64,000 bases of DNA from Candidatus Thorarchaeota archaeon (GTDB taxonomy: Archaea > Asgardarchaeota > Thorarchaeia > Thorarchaeales > Thorarchaeaceae): contig RDOC01000005.1 in the NCBI GenBank assembly GCA_011364985.1, positions 32,001-96,000 of the forward strand. The letters run 5' to 3'. A model generated the notes under the pieces. It saw only the letters and a list, made by a program, of their open reading frames with translations, ran no database searches and had not been told where the DNA came from. Below, in pieces: positions 28,765-39,530 of this stretch; positions within the stretch are counted from its first letter, which is position 1; each line of letters opens with the position of its first letter. A program made the translations under genes and the position numbers.

Positions 28765-29751
28765 TTATCGTGGAATATCCACTTCGCCCAGAATTCGGGA
28801 CACAACACGCTCAACAGTCAATCCTTCCAGCTCTGCCTCTGGCTTCAGAATCAGCCTGTGATTGAGAGTTTGAACGGTCAGTCTCCGGACATCCTCAGGA
28901 ATGACATAGTCACGACCATGCATTGCCGCCCTTGTCTTTGATGCATTCATTAGCACTAGTGAAGCTCTTGGCGATCCGCCCAAGAGTACCTGGGGGTCGT
29001 TTCGTGTTCTGATGATTATATCACGAATGTAGTTTATGATATCCTCCTCAAGGAACACTGTTCGGCAGGCATTCTGCATTCTCACAATTGTTGCCGGGTC
29101 AGCCAGTACACGCAGGTCCATGACTTCGCCAACATGTTTCCTACGAATGACCTCAGCCTCTTCATTGGTTGTTGGGTAATCAAGAATCAACCTAAACATG
29201 AATCGGTCAAGTTGCGCCTCAGGAAGCGGATAGGTACCTTCCTGTTCCACAGGATTTTGCGTGGCGATTATCAGGAATGGCTTGGGCAGTTTCCGGGTTA
29301 CTCCTTCAATGGACACTTGGCGTTCTTCCATGACCTCAAGAAGTGCGCTTTGCGATTTCGGAGGACATCGGTTAATTTCGTCGGCCAAGACCAAGTTTGA
29401 GAAGACTGGTCCTTTTCTGAACCAGAATTCCCCTGTCCGTTGGTTGAAGACATTGCTTCCGAGCAAATCTGCAGGAAGTGTGTCAACAGTAAGCTGAATG
29501 CGTTTGAATGCGCAACCAAGAATGGATGCAAAGGTCCGTGCCATATAGGTCTTTGCCAGTCCTGGAACGCCTTCCAAAACAACATGACCATCAGACAGGA
29601 AAGCAATCAGCACATCACGCATTATCTCCGTTTGCCCTACAACACGACGAGCACACTCATGAAGTATCTCCTGGCTGGAGGCCTTTACCTCATCAATGGT
29701 CATCGTCGGTAGACCGGCAACTTCAGTTTCTGTCTGTTCTTCTGTTGTCAA
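28765..29751 (-). CDS. moxR: MoxR family AAA+ ATPase
   Basis: GVPGLAKT, LADEINR, ATQNPVEQEGTYPLPEAQLDRF, GSPRA. Confidence 0.96.
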   Translation of the reverse strand: MTTEEQTETEVAGLPTMTIDEVKASSQEILHECARRVVGQTEIMRDVLIAFLSDGHVVLEGVPGLAKTYMARTFASILGCAFKRIQLTVDTLPADLLGSNVFNQRTGEFWFRKGPVFSNLVLADEINRCPPKSQSALLEVMEERQVSIEGVTRKLPKPFLIIATQNPVEQEGTYPLPEAQLDRFMFRLILDYPTTNEEAEVIRRKHVGEVMDLRVLADPATIVRMQNACRTVFLEEDIINYIRDIIIRTRNDPQVLLGGSPRASLVLMNASKTRAAMHGRDYVIPEDVRRLTVQTLNHRLILKPEAELEGLTVERVVSRILGEVDIPR

Positions 29752-29764
29752 TTTTATTTCTACC

Positions 29765-31153
29765 TCACTTTGACTTTGTATCGATTAGTAATGATTGAAT
29801 ATTACGCATGAAAAAGAAGAGATCCATCATCTCATTCTCCTTAACTTTCATCCTTGGGTTTGAGGATATCTCTTCTATTCTCCTGATGGCCCGAAAGAAC
29901 TCCTCTTGCTTCATCTTTGAGTCCTTATATTGTATGAGCTCCCAGAGCTTTTGGATGCTAAACTCCGTCCATCGGTTTTTCCGAGTAAGGTCTCTTCTTA
30001 GTCGTCTGTAAAGCATCTTGACAACCCGACCATAGTTACCCTCTTTTCTGTAATAGACCATCCGTTCGCTGAAGTAGGTCTGACCACGTCGCAGGAATAC
30101 TTCTGACACACTCTTTACCTCAGGCTTCTTAGGGTCAGGAAGATACTTGCGAATACCCAACACTGTGCTTAGAGGATAGAGAGGGGCTAGCAAAGGAATG
30201 GCTGACAGCCATAATGCTCTCCCAAGATAAAGACCAAAGATGAACTCTGGGGAGTTCCATGGAACAGCAAGGAGATTCTCGCTAAATGCGATTGTGTAGT
30301 TTCTCTGACCCTGGGATAACCAGTTGATAATGTTTGAACCGAATCTTTGGTTGTCAGGAAAGCGATCCCACATGTCATTGGTGAATACACTGGGATCGCT
30401 TAGAGCTACTAATCTACCGCCGCCTGGGATGAATGTGGAGAAATCAATTGCTCCAACAACTGGTAGTACACCCGCCATTGTATCGTTTTTGGGCCAAGGA
30501 TATTTGTCAGTAACATTGACTTCAACCCATGCTCGATTAGTTGTCCATGCTATTCCAAGATTTCCGAGGAGAGAATATGGGTTGAGTGTCGATGCCCAAT
30601 TCAGATGGAGTTCGCTAATCCCTTGAGTTATAGGATGAGGCACAAAGCTTTTGATTACTGGAAGCCGTGGGTCCTTGTCATAAGAATCTATATCCAGAAG
30701 AACTCCTTCGGTGAAGGTTAGTAAACCGGTGAAGTTCGTTCCAGTAATTGGTGAGGAAATATCTCTGAAGAGAAAATCATTGAATAAGCCCAAGGAATCG
30801 TTGGCAGTCCCAAAATCATCAGCTATGAGCACACCGCCGCCTGTTGATAGATGCTGGAATATCACAAGTACCATGTCCGTAGAGAAGTCTATGACCGGAC
30901 CAGCAATGACTAGCACTGCAGACCCTTGGTATCTGCCAAGGACACTCATGGAGGACTGGATGGACTTAACATCATAACCGGACTCATTGATGGCCGTGCT
31001 AAACTCGCTGTATCCGTTCCATCCTTCATTGTATATACTGAAATCATGTGTATACACCTCCGTAATTCCTACAACAGTGGTGCCAGCAAGGAGACCTATC
31101 GGAGCCCAGCTTAGAATAAATAGAATCACTTGAACTGTTTCTTTCCAGCCCAT
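29765..31153 (-). CDS. DUF4350/GATase-like domain membrane protein
   Basis: FSIYNEGWNGYS, GGGVLIADDFG, GRLVALSDPSVFTN. Confidence 0.8.
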   Translation of the reverse strand: MGWKETVQVILFILSWAPIGLLAGTTVVGITEVYTHDFSIYNEGWNGYSEFSTAINESGYDVKSIQSSMSVLGRYQGSAVLVIAGPVIDFSTDMVLVIFQHLSTGGGVLIADDFGTANDSLGLFNDFLFRDISSPITGTNFTGLLTFTEGVLLDIDSYDKDPRLPVIKSFVPHPITQGISELHLNWASTLNPYSLLGNLGIAWTTNRAWVEVNVTDKYPWPKNDTMAGVLPVVGAIDFSTFIPGGGRLVALSDPSVFTNDMWDRFPDNQRFGSNIINWLSQGQRNYTIAFSENLLAVPWNSPEFIFGLYLGRALWLSAIPLLAPLYPLSTVLGIRKYLPDPKKPEVKSVSEVFLRRGQTYFSERMVYYRKEGNYGRVVKMLYRRLRRDLTRKNRWTEFSIQKLWELIQYKDSKMKQEEFFRAIRRIEEISSNPRMKVKENEMMDLFFFMRNIQSLLIDTKSK

Positions 31154-31167
31154 TAGTCACACCTTTC

Positions 31168-31554
31168 TTACGCCGACAGCGTTTTACCTTCTATTCTTGG
31201 ATACAAATCACTGAAAGTCTTGATGACCACTTCATAGCGTTCCCGTGATATCACGTGGTTGGAGAAACGAGCCTCCAAATAGATGTCAACAAACTCGTCT
31301 ACGATTACGCTATCAAGAAGCAATGATTTCGAAACACGATCCAAGAATTCGTGCGCAGTTTCAGAGTGCATCCTTTCAGTTCCTGTCTTCCGACCGCACA
31401 TCTGTTCAAAAGTGCGATAGGCAAGCGTTATCGCTGCATCATATTTGCCAGCATCAGCCAGCTTCTTGATGTTCCTAAGCTTTGAAGGAATGTCCACACT
31501 CTCCTCTCTCGGCGTCCGAGAGAATCTGCCTCTGAGGGAGTCCATTAAGCCCAT
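31168..31554 (-). CDS. Stand-alone DUF4129-like protein
   Basis: SETAHEF...YLEARFSNH; near-copy of the C-terminal domain of the upstream giant protein. Confidence 0.85.
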   Translation of the reverse strand: MGLMDSLRGRFSRTPREESVDIPSKLRNIKKLADAGKYDAAITLAYRTFEQMCGRKTGTERMHSETAHEFLDRVSKSLLLDSVIVDEFVDIYLEARFSNHVISRERYEVVIKTFSDLYPRIEGKTLSA

Positions 31555-31565
31555 ATCATCACCTT

Positions 31566-34500
31566 CTATTCTGTAATTACAACAACCGCCTCGATTCGTG
31601 GATAGAGGTCGGTAAGAACACGCATCGTGTTTTCGTAGCGCGAACGCGAAACCTCATGGTCCGAGAAGCGCGCCTCTTCGTAGGCTTCAAGCAACTCGCT
31701 AACAGAAGCAAGGTCCAGCGGGATTTGCTCCAACGTACGAGTCACAAAATCCCGAGCTGTCTCAGAAAGACGGCGCTCGGAGCCTATCTTAGTGCCGCAT
31801 AACGCCTCAAAGGTATGGTACGCGAGATTTATCGCGGCACTGAATTTGCCAGCATCTGCGAGTTTCTTGATGTTACGCAGGCGCTGCGATATACTCCCAT
31901 CTTCAAGACTTGACTTACCCCTTCCATATCCTTTCATGAAGTAAATGTAGATAAAAATGACAACTATCGCAGCACCAAGAAGTGCGAAAGGAACGAGGAA
32001 GTCAAGTGTATCGAGAAAGCCACCTTCAGGCTCTCTAATCTGAACCGTGAATTCTATTGATGAGATGTTCTCGACATACTGTGAGAGTAATGTGACAGAG
32101 AATGTAAAGTCTGCCGGGTTTTGAATCGCGGCAACAGGGAATGTGGCAATGCCTGAGGTGTCCGTCTGCCGAATTACGGTATCTGTTCCGTTTAGATTGA
32201 ATTCAACTCTCCGGTTAGCAATAGCTATACCTTGGTCATCGGTTAGTTCTGCAGAAACGGTGAACTCCAGACCAGGGCTGACTCGTCGAGGAGTTCTTCC
32301 GAAATCAAACACAACCTGACAGAAAATGTGCATCGAATCAGGCGTTTCCGCAGTCGTACCTCTGAGATACAGTTCGGTGTCGCCATCATATTCAACACTT
32401 ACTACATATCGACCGCTTGCTGCCCAAGAAAGTGGTACTGTTATTTCAACATCAGCCCAGTCAGCTGCTGCCATTAGGAGAGTCAGGAGAAAAGTATCAT
32501 TCAGGTAAACATCCAACTCAGCATCATGAATGGCGTGGCCATCTGCGTCCTGCAATCGAAGAACTAGCGTGAAGTTCTCGCCGGGTTGGATCTCAACACT
32601 TCGTGGAAAGCTCACGAATAGTACTGTGTCAATACTCACTGTAATGAACCAAGGAGTTGGGACCCCTGAACGCTCAAAGAAGCTACCAGCTGGCACATCG
32701 ATTGTAATATTGTAGGAACCAGGAGCTGCATCATCAGGGACAAGCAAATCAACACTGAAGCGCCCATCAGTCCCGGTAACGATTGAGTCAATTGGATTGC
32801 CATTCTCAAGGATATTGATTGAAACAGTATGAGCCGGAAATCCTCCATGCCATACGATACCAGATATTGTGATAGTATCTCCACGGTCGGCCATAAAGAT
32901 AGTCTGAGTGTCGAGCTCAAGTGCAACAAGATCCCAAACTTCTATATCAGCAGGAGGAGTCGCTGCTTCCTCAAATGCCAGACTTGGCCGGACAAATACT
33001 ACATAGTACTGGCTGATTCCAACAGGATGACTCCAGTCAATGGCGTGTACATGAGAGAAATTGCCTGAAACAGTATCAACAATAGTAATTGTCTGGAGGA
33101 TTGTGTCAGTTCCATTGTCCCAATGAATTTCTACATCATAACCGACCATGGGTGTTCCATCATCAAACTGAAGCGTTCCTGAAATGATGACGGAGCCACC
33201 TCGGTAGACCATGCTTGTATCAACATCCGCAGTAAGATTCACAACATATTGCATGATATCAACATCAATGGATGTAGCCGTGTTCCCACTGATCCAGTGA
33301 ATAAGAGGCGTGTATCTCGCGGAAACCGAATGAGTGCTCGGAGTTGTTGATTCTGGAATTTGCCATGTGATAGAGAAAGACCCATCAGCCGAAGTAATAC
33401 CATAAGCAACTGGAGAGCCATCAAAGAGAAGCTCTATTGTACCACTGGCGACAGGTGCCAAATTGATTGAGTATAAAAGTGAACCCGATATAGAAAGCGT
33501 CTGTAGGATGTAATAGCTTGTGGACCCTACCGAGAATCCATTGATTTCTGTCTGCCATTGTAGCAGGGTTAGAGAGTCATGAACAGACTCGGTTGAGTCT
33601 AGAGTAAGATTGCCTGCATATCGCCCGTAGATTTCAATACCTGTGCGCAGGGTATCATAATCCATTTCTGAGTAGTAAAACGTGAATTCACCGGTTGTGT
33701 TGGTAACCACTGTGTCAAGTGGCCACTCGGTCCCATTATACCAGAAGAGGTCAACGAAGACACCATCAATAGGCAAGCCACCAATTGTGTAGTATAGGTG
33801 AATGTGGATTGCCAAGGTTTCGTTTTGATATACTGGGTTCGGATTGGCTGCGACAACTAGAGTCACTGCGTACCTCTGAGCAACCACTGGAAGTGCGCTA
33901 GTCGTTGCGTTAGCGTTCAAAGGATCAGTACTTGTGTAGTTGCACTTGAAGTAGTAGGTGCCCTCAGTGTCCCCCGGCACTGTGAAGAAGTGTGTGTGGT
34001 AGAAATAACCTGTACCGTCAGTAGATGGACTTGCAATGAGTGCCCATTGGCCGGTTGCAGACGAAGCGATATATACATTGACCGTTTCGCTAGATAACGG
34101 GGGAGAGCCACCTAAGAAGGTCAAAAAACCATCGATTAACACTCCTTGGTCGAGATATACAGCGGACGGAACAGATGCATTGATTTCCAATGTATATAGA
34201 ACTACATTGGCCTGTTGAGTTCCAGAAGTTGCATTCTCCCAGAGCGAGTTTGACGCTGTATATTCGGTCCATACGTAGATGGCACCCAAAGCGTCAGTCA
34301 ATGTAAAATCGTATTGAGAATTGAAGACCCCAAAACCATTTGTCATCGCATAGTCAACAAGCTCAGTCCCGTTCTGCCAATAGTAGTGAACGGCAATCGT
34401 GGCTCCTGGAATAGGATTCCCGTTAAGCTGGAAGGATAGAGTTCCTGAAACAGAGAGGGTTTCATTCAAGTGATATTCGGCACTAATAGGATTCACAGTG

Positions 34501-37500
34501 AGATTGAGCTGATACAACTGAAGAGTGAGGGAAGGAACCAATGTGGCGGAAGCGTTGCTATATGCATGACTTGGAGAGGTGAAGTTGACATAGACATTTA
34601 CAGTATCAGGACCATCTGTGAGAGAGAGAGGATAGTAGAAGGTATAGTAGCCGGAGACATTTGTGACACTGGTGAAGACTAGTGTGTGCGTGCTATTCCG
34701 CCAATAAATGTAGATTGTCTGAGATGAAAGAGGTTCTGTTGAATTGAGTAGTCTGCCATATATGTAGGCGGTTTCGTTCAGATGGTAGATTGAGCTGCCT
34801 GAATAGACTGTGAGTGTTGTGGGGTGGGAATCAACAACCGGGTAGAGATGATTGGACTCTGCATCCCTCACATTGGCGGAGGAGATCGAACAGTTGGCAA
34901 AAAGTGTGGCATTACCATGTTCGTGATTCAATGGCACTTCAAAGTAGCAAAGATATCCACCTGTGACATTTGTTGTAATAGATTGGATTTTGTAGATTCC
35001 TGTGGAGTTGTGCCACCAGATATCTACGGTCTCACCTGCTAATGGGAGCGGAGCTGGCTGCCATTCTGGTAGAAAGAGGTTTCCCTGGATAGTAAAAGTT
35101 CCCAAGACATAGACAGGATCCGGATCTGCCTGAATTGTTAGCGTTGAATCCCATAATTTGACTTTGATGCTTCGCCCTGTTGATTTTTTATCCTCATAGA
35201 CAGTATCAGGAGAGGTATAGTTACTCCAATAGGAAACTAAGCCCTCGTAGCCAAGGGGTACATTATAGACGAACTCGTAGTAGCCACCCACCACCGTGGC
35301 ATTGGAACCGATGTTAATCAAGGTAAGTCCGTTATCCCACCAGATATCCACTGTTCTACCCATGAGCCCAGTACCATTGACTCCATCTGTGAGCCAGCCA
35401 TAAATTATGATGTCATCGAGAAGATGAACTGGGTCTGGATACTCGGGGATTGAAAACATTGTCAGGTCAACTGGCCGCATACCAATAGTGACATTCAGGG
35501 CTTCTGAGCAATCAGAGATTCCTGAAACAGTTGATAGCCATGTTACATTTGCTTCCACCTGTCCAAGGGGATAGCTGCTTGGAACGAGATAATCAAACTC
35601 GAAGTGAGCAGTGGAGTTGGTGATCCTTGAACCAAGATGACTATTATTTAGGTACAAGTTGACTGATTCAAAGGGCAATGGTGTGCCATTCATCAGCTCA
35701 AGGTAGCCCTCATAATGAAGCATCGCCCCCCGATAGGCAGGAGTGGGGGATATATACAGGTTAAGCAAAGCTAATCCAATGATCGTGACTGTTGAGTTCT
35801 CCTCTGAGCGATTAGGGAAGTACTTGTAGAAACCAGTATCAGGGTCTATTTCACCGCCATAGTACGACCAGACCTCATGAGGGCCTGGTGACATCAAAAC
35901 CGCATCGAAGGGATCAACATATGCGTCATAAGAATAGGTGCCATTAAATTGGATTGTTGCATTTCCGAGATTAACACCATCCCAAATTATCTCCATCTGG
36001 TCATTAATGAGGGTCGTACCATCTATCGGCTGTCCTTGGCTATCGGTCATTCTCCCGTGCACACGTACTGTATCGTTCCAATGCACAGTATAATTGTCAA
36101 GACCAAGTCGGATGTCTAACTCAATTATCTCAGCTTGCGTTTGAATTGGCTCACTAGGCGCACTGACCATCATGGGATTTGGACTATCCACGGCAGACAC
36201 GTACGTATAGTTCATCACCGTAAATGTCGAGAGACTCCAAGTTGCGGATATGTTATGAACTCCCAGAGTGGATCCGGATGGAAAAGCATAGGTGAAGGTG
36301 GCAAATCCCGACGCGTCAATTGTTTTACTCCCAATATAGACTCCCTCGTCATAGAAGTTGATTATTTCAGGAGTTGTTACCTGCTGGAAATCAATGAAAA
36401 GCGTAGCAACAAGATCGAAGGGATCTCCAATTAGTGCCCAAGGTTCAGCTAGCAGAGGTGCAATCAGCAGCTCAGCATTCTGGGCACCCGTGTTCTCAGG
36501 GATTTCTCCACCGCCTAACTCACCCGGCAGAGGAATAGGAATGACCTGAATCCATTCGCCTCCTTCGGAATGACCTAACATTGGTATAAAGACCTCTGCC
36601 CAGAACATCATGTGTCGCACTTGGATGGCACGATATCCACCCATGGCTGTACCTACGGAATAACCAAGAGCAGGTCTTGCTGGAACTCCCAAGTATCTCA
36701 TGAACACGCAATAGGCAGTGACGAAATCCATGGGAAGGCCGCCGCCCCGCTCCAGAAACCAGTCGGTCACTTCTTGATCTGAGGAGGGGCGATCATTGTA
36801 GTTCTCAATCATAAGCTCGAAGGTGGTTCTGAAGTAAGATTCCACATCAAATGCAAGCTCATAGGCGTTTCCCGTGCCAACGAAAGGGGTGATATTCTGT
36901 CGAACACTGTCGCTTAAGGGGAGAACAGCAGAAAGGTCCGTGAAGAATGGAGAAACGGAAGGGGGTGCGAGAAACCCATCAAGAGCACGATTTGCGACTT
37001 CTAATAGATCTTGAACGCTGTAGGTTACTTCATAGCTAACGATTATTGTGCTGTTTGGCACACCCTCTATGAGGGGGCTAAAGAGAACAGAACCATAGTC
37101 ATCATATTCTAGATCGTAGCTAATGAGGCGAGAGGGGTCATGTGATATATACGAACCATCAAGGAACTCGCCTGTTTCGAAAGAGTCCTCGATAATGAAT
37201 ATTTCAGGGAACAGTGTAGGAAGTTCTATGCTACCGACACCAGGTCCTGCTGTCACGTTTAGATAAACACGGTAGACAGTAGTATTGAGAGCTTGGGCTT
37301 CAGTATCTGTTATCAGAATCTGGTCAAGTGTGGTGTAGAGAGAAAAAGAGGTTTTTGACCAACCTGAACCGTCATAAGAATCGTATGACGTGCTTCTCCA
37401 GAGCTGGGGTGGATCTTCAGGAGAAACAAAGAAGACGGTGCCATTTAACTGATTCAACAGGTCCTCAGGTAGGAAATCATTCAAGTTAAAATTAGTGTAG

Positions 37501-37934
37501 TTGACATTTTGGAACCAATTTGTACGACCACCAGTCCAATTGATGTTATAAGGCCAATTGATCACTTCGTCGTACTCATAGTGTGGATTGTACTGGCGTA
37601 CTTGATTAAACTGAACAAGGAGGAAAGTATAGCTGCCCCAGACAATCATTGCAACTAGAACAAGGGAGCTAATGATTGTCATAGCGCCCATCTTTCGACG
37701 GTCGCTGGTTATTGCGGCACACAATGGTCTAAACCTCGTAAGTAGAGCCCCTCCCTTGACATACGAGAGAGTCTCATCGAAGATGGTGACTTCCTTGCCT
37801 TGATTCGTCCATGTCAAGCAATTAAAGGATTTCTCAGACCTGCTGTCTCTCTCATAAATCGAAAGGGTAGAAATCGTTTCATCACCGGAGATAGGATGAC
37901 CGAGTCGATGAAAGCATACTTTGGGACCATACAA
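31566..37934 (-). CDS. Giant membrane protein: transglutaminase-like domain, Ig-like repeats, TM, DUF4129
   Basis: LWRSTSYDSYDGSGW (TgpA-like), MRYLGVPARPALGY, a dozen or more ~100-aa I.G.L...T...G.F repeats, C-terminal SETARDF/YEEARFS. True start is probably near 37690-37750. Confidence 0.9.
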   Translation of the reverse strand: MYGPKVCFHRLGHPISGDETISTLSIYERDSRSEKSFNCLTWTNQGKEVTIFDETLSYVKGGALLTRFRPLCAAITSDRRKMGAMTIISSLVLVAMIVWGSYTFLLVQFNQVRQYNPHYEYDEVINWPYNINWTGGRTNWFQNVNYTNFNLNDFLPEDLLNQLNGTVFFVSPEDPPQLWRSTSYDSYDGSGWSKTSFSLYTTLDQILITDTEAQALNTTVYRVYLNVTAGPGVGSIELPTLFPEIFIIEDSFETGEFLDGSYISHDPSRLISYDLEYDDYGSVLFSPLIEGVPNSTIIVSYEVTYSVQDLLEVANRALDGFLAPPSVSPFFTDLSAVLPLSDSVRQNITPFVGTGNAYELAFDVESYFRTTFELMIENYNDRPSSDQEVTDWFLERGGGLPMDFVTAYCVFMRYLGVPARPALGYSVGTAMGGYRAIQVRHMMFWAEVFIPMLGHSEGGEWIQVIPIPLPGELGGGEIPENTGAQNAELLIAPLLAEPWALIGDPFDLVATLFIDFQQVTTPEIINFYDEGVYIGSKTIDASGFATFTYAFPSGSTLGVHNISATWSLSTFTVMNYTYVSAVDSPNPMMVSAPSEPIQTQAEIIELDIRLGLDNYTVHWNDTVRVHGRMTDSQGQPIDGTTLINDQMEIIWDGVNLGNATIQFNGTYSYDAYVDPFDAVLMSPGPHEVWSYYGGEIDPDTGFYKYFPNRSEENSTVTIIGLALLNLYISPTPAYRGAMLHYEGYLELMNGTPLPFESVNLYLNNSHLGSRITNSTAHFEFDYLVPSSYPLGQVEANVTWLSTVSGISDCSEALNVTIGMRPVDLTMFSIPEYPDPVHLLDDIIIYGWLTDGVNGTGLMGRTVDIWWDNGLTLINIGSNATVVGGYYEFVYNVPLGYEGLVSYWSNYTSPDTVYEDKKSTGRSIKVKLWDSTLTIQADPDPVYVLGTFTIQGNLFLPEWQPAPLPLAGETVDIWWHNSTGIYKIQSITTNVTGGYLCYFEVPLNHEHGNATLFANCSISSANVRDAESNHLYPVVDSHPTTLTVYSGSSIYHLNETAYIYGRLLNSTEPLSSQTIYIYWRNSTHTLVFTSVTNVSGYYTFYYPLSLTDGPDTVNVYVNFTSPSHAYSNASATLVPSLTLQLYQLNLTVNPISAEYHLNETLSVSGTLSFQLNGNPIPGATIAVHYYWQNGTELVDYAMTNGFGVFNSQYDFTLTDALGAIYVWTEYTASNSLWENATSGTQQANVVLYTLEINASVPSAVYLDQGVLIDGFLTFLGGSPPLSSETVNVYIASSATGQWALIASPSTDGTGYFYHTHFFTVPGDTEGTYYFKCNYTSTDPLNANATTSALPVVAQRYAVTLVVAANPNPVYQNETLAIHIHLYYTIGGLPIDGVFVDLFWYNGTEWPLDTVVTNTTGEFTFYYSEMDYDTLRTGIEIYGRYAGNLTLDSTESVHDSLTLLQWQTEINGFSVGSTSYYILQTLSISGSLLYSINLAPVASGTIELLFDGSPVAYGITSADGSFSITWQIPESTTPSTHSVSARYTPLIHWISGNTATSIDVDIMQYVVNLTADVDTSMVYRGGSVIISGTLQFDDGTPMVGYDVEIHWDNGTDTILQTITIVDTVSGNFSHVHAIDWSHPVGISQYYVVFVRPSLAFEEAATPPADIEVWDLVALELDTQTIFMADRGDTITISGIVWHGGFPAHTVSINILENGNPIDSIVTGTDGRFSVDLLVPDDAAPGSYNITIDVPAGSFFERSGVPTPWFITVSIDTVLFVSFPRSVEIQPGENFTLVLRLQDADGHAIHDAELDVYLNDTFLLTLLMAAADWADVEITVPLSWAASGRYVVSVEYDGDTELYLRGTTAETPDSMHIFCQVVFDFGRTPRRVSPGLEFTVSAELTDDQGIAIANRRVEFNLNGTDTVIRQTDTSGIATFPVAAIQNPADFTFSVTLLSQYVENISSIEFTVQIREPEGGFLDTLDFLVPFALLGAAIVVIFIYIYFMKGYGRGKSSLEDGSISQRLRNIKKLADAGKFSAAINLAYHTFEALCGTKIGSERRLSETARDFVTRTLEQIPLDLASVSELLEAYEEARFSDHEVSRSRYENTMRVLTDLYPRIEAVVVITE

Positions 37935-37994
37935 CTTCTTCGGTAAAACTAATACTGTACCATGTTCTCAATATAAGGAAAAAGAGGCCCTGTA

Positions 37995-39530
37995 ATGCAA
38001 CTCAAGGATTGGTCATGGATAGGTGATTGGACTGAAAGAAGAGCATTGCTGACTCCAAAAAGAGTGGCAATACTCGACAATATTCAGCATAAGAAATATA
38101 CATTCGAAGAAATGAATAAACGGGCGAATCAAGCAGCGAGAGTGCTACTTGACTCAGAGGTACGAAAGGGAGATCGCGTGGGAGTCTATTCAAAGAATAG
38201 GTTCGACTTTCTTGACATCCTGTTTGCTTGCGGCAAGATAGGAGCCATCCTGACTCCATTCAACGTTCGACTTACCAAAACCGAGATTGAATATCTTCTA
38301 AAGAAAACGGGCCCTTCCATGCTATTTTACGATCCCAATTTGGAAAGGCAGTTTGGGGAGCTCCGCCCTCTATTCGAAAAGGAGCGTATAGTGGTTATGG
38401 GTAACAAGACAGTTGATGGCGATCCGGATATTTACTCACTCATGACCAAAAGAGCTGCTGGTACAGTGGAACACCCAACAATCACAATGAACGACCCATA
38501 CTTGATTGTCTTCACTGGAGGAACTACAGGATTGCCCAAAGGAGCGGTTCTATCACACGGTCTGGTGTTTTGGAACTCCGTTAACACGATTGTATCATGG
38601 GGACTACAAGCGGATGATATACAGCCATTGCTCTACCCCCTCTTTCATACAGGAGGGATCAATGTGCTGCTCATACCATTCTATCATCTTGGAGCATTGA
38701 GTATCATCATGGGAGACTTTGACCCTGAAGAAACATTACGAGTAATCGAGAAGGAAAAATGCACAATCGTGATTGGTGTCCCCACTATGTACAACATGAT
38801 GTCACAATCGCCAAGTTTCAAGCAGACAAGCTTTGAGCATGTACGAATACTGATGAGTGGAGGGGCTCCATGTCCTGTTGCGATAATGGAGAAATACTGG
38901 GAGCGTGGCAAAATTCTGAAAATGGGGTACGGACTCACCGAAGTGGGACCTAACAACTTCTGCTTGCCCGAAGAAGCCGTTAAGGAAAGACCCACATCAG
39001 TGGGTTTTCCCGTTTTCCATTGCGATATGACGATAGTTGATGATGATAATAATGCGGTTGAAGACGGAGAGGTAGGTGAGTTATTGCTGAGAGGACCACA
39101 TACATTCAGTGAATACTGGGAAGAACCTGAAGAAACAGCCAAAGTGATAGAAAAGAATGGATGGGTTCACACTGGAGACCTAGCGATTCGAGACAAAGAG
39201 GGGTTCTACTATATTGTCGGTCGCAAGAAAGACATGTTCATCAGTGGCGGCGAAAATATCTTCCCAACAGAAATCGAAGAGATACTTTTCAAACACGCCA
39301 AGGTTTCGGAAGCAGCAGTAATAGGAGTTCCCGACGATAAATGGGGCGAAGTTGGGAAAGCATTCATTGTATTAAGAAGCGGTGAGTCAATGACAGAAGA
39401 TGAAATTCGGAAGTACTTGGATGGAAAGATAGCACGATATAAGACACCCAAGTACTACGAGTTTCGCGAAGACTTACCGAAGAGTGCTGCTGGCAAGATT
39501 CTGAAAAGGGAATTGGAGGGGAAGTCATGA
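37995..39530 (+). CDS. Long-chain acyl-CoA ligase (ANL superfamily)
   Basis: FTGGTTGLPKG, GYGLTE, TGD, GRKKD, GKILK. Confidence 0.95.
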   Translation: MQLKDWSWIGDWTERRALLTPKRVAILDNIQHKKYTFEEMNKRANQAARVLLDSEVRKGDRVGVYSKNRFDFLDILFACGKIGAILTPFNVRLTKTEIEYLLKKTGPSMLFYDPNLERQFGELRPLFEKERIVVMGNKTVDGDPDIYSLMTKRAAGTVEHPTITMNDPYLIVFTGGTTGLPKGAVLSHGLVFWNSVNTIVSWGLQADDIQPLLYPLFHTGGINVLLIPFYHLGALSIIMGDFDPEETLRVIEKEKCTIVIGVPTMYNMMSQSPSFKQTSFEHVRILMSGGAPCPVAIMEKYWERGKILKMGYGLTEVGPNNFCLPEEAVKERPTSVGFPVFHCDMTIVDDDNNAVEDGEVGELLLRGPHTFSEYWEEPEETAKVIEKNGWVHTGDLAIRDKEGFYYIVGRKKDMFISGGENIFPTEIEEILFKHAKVSEAAVIGVPDDKWGEVGKAFIVLRSGESMTEDEIRKYLDGKIARYKTPKYYEFREDLPKSAAGKILKRELEGKS

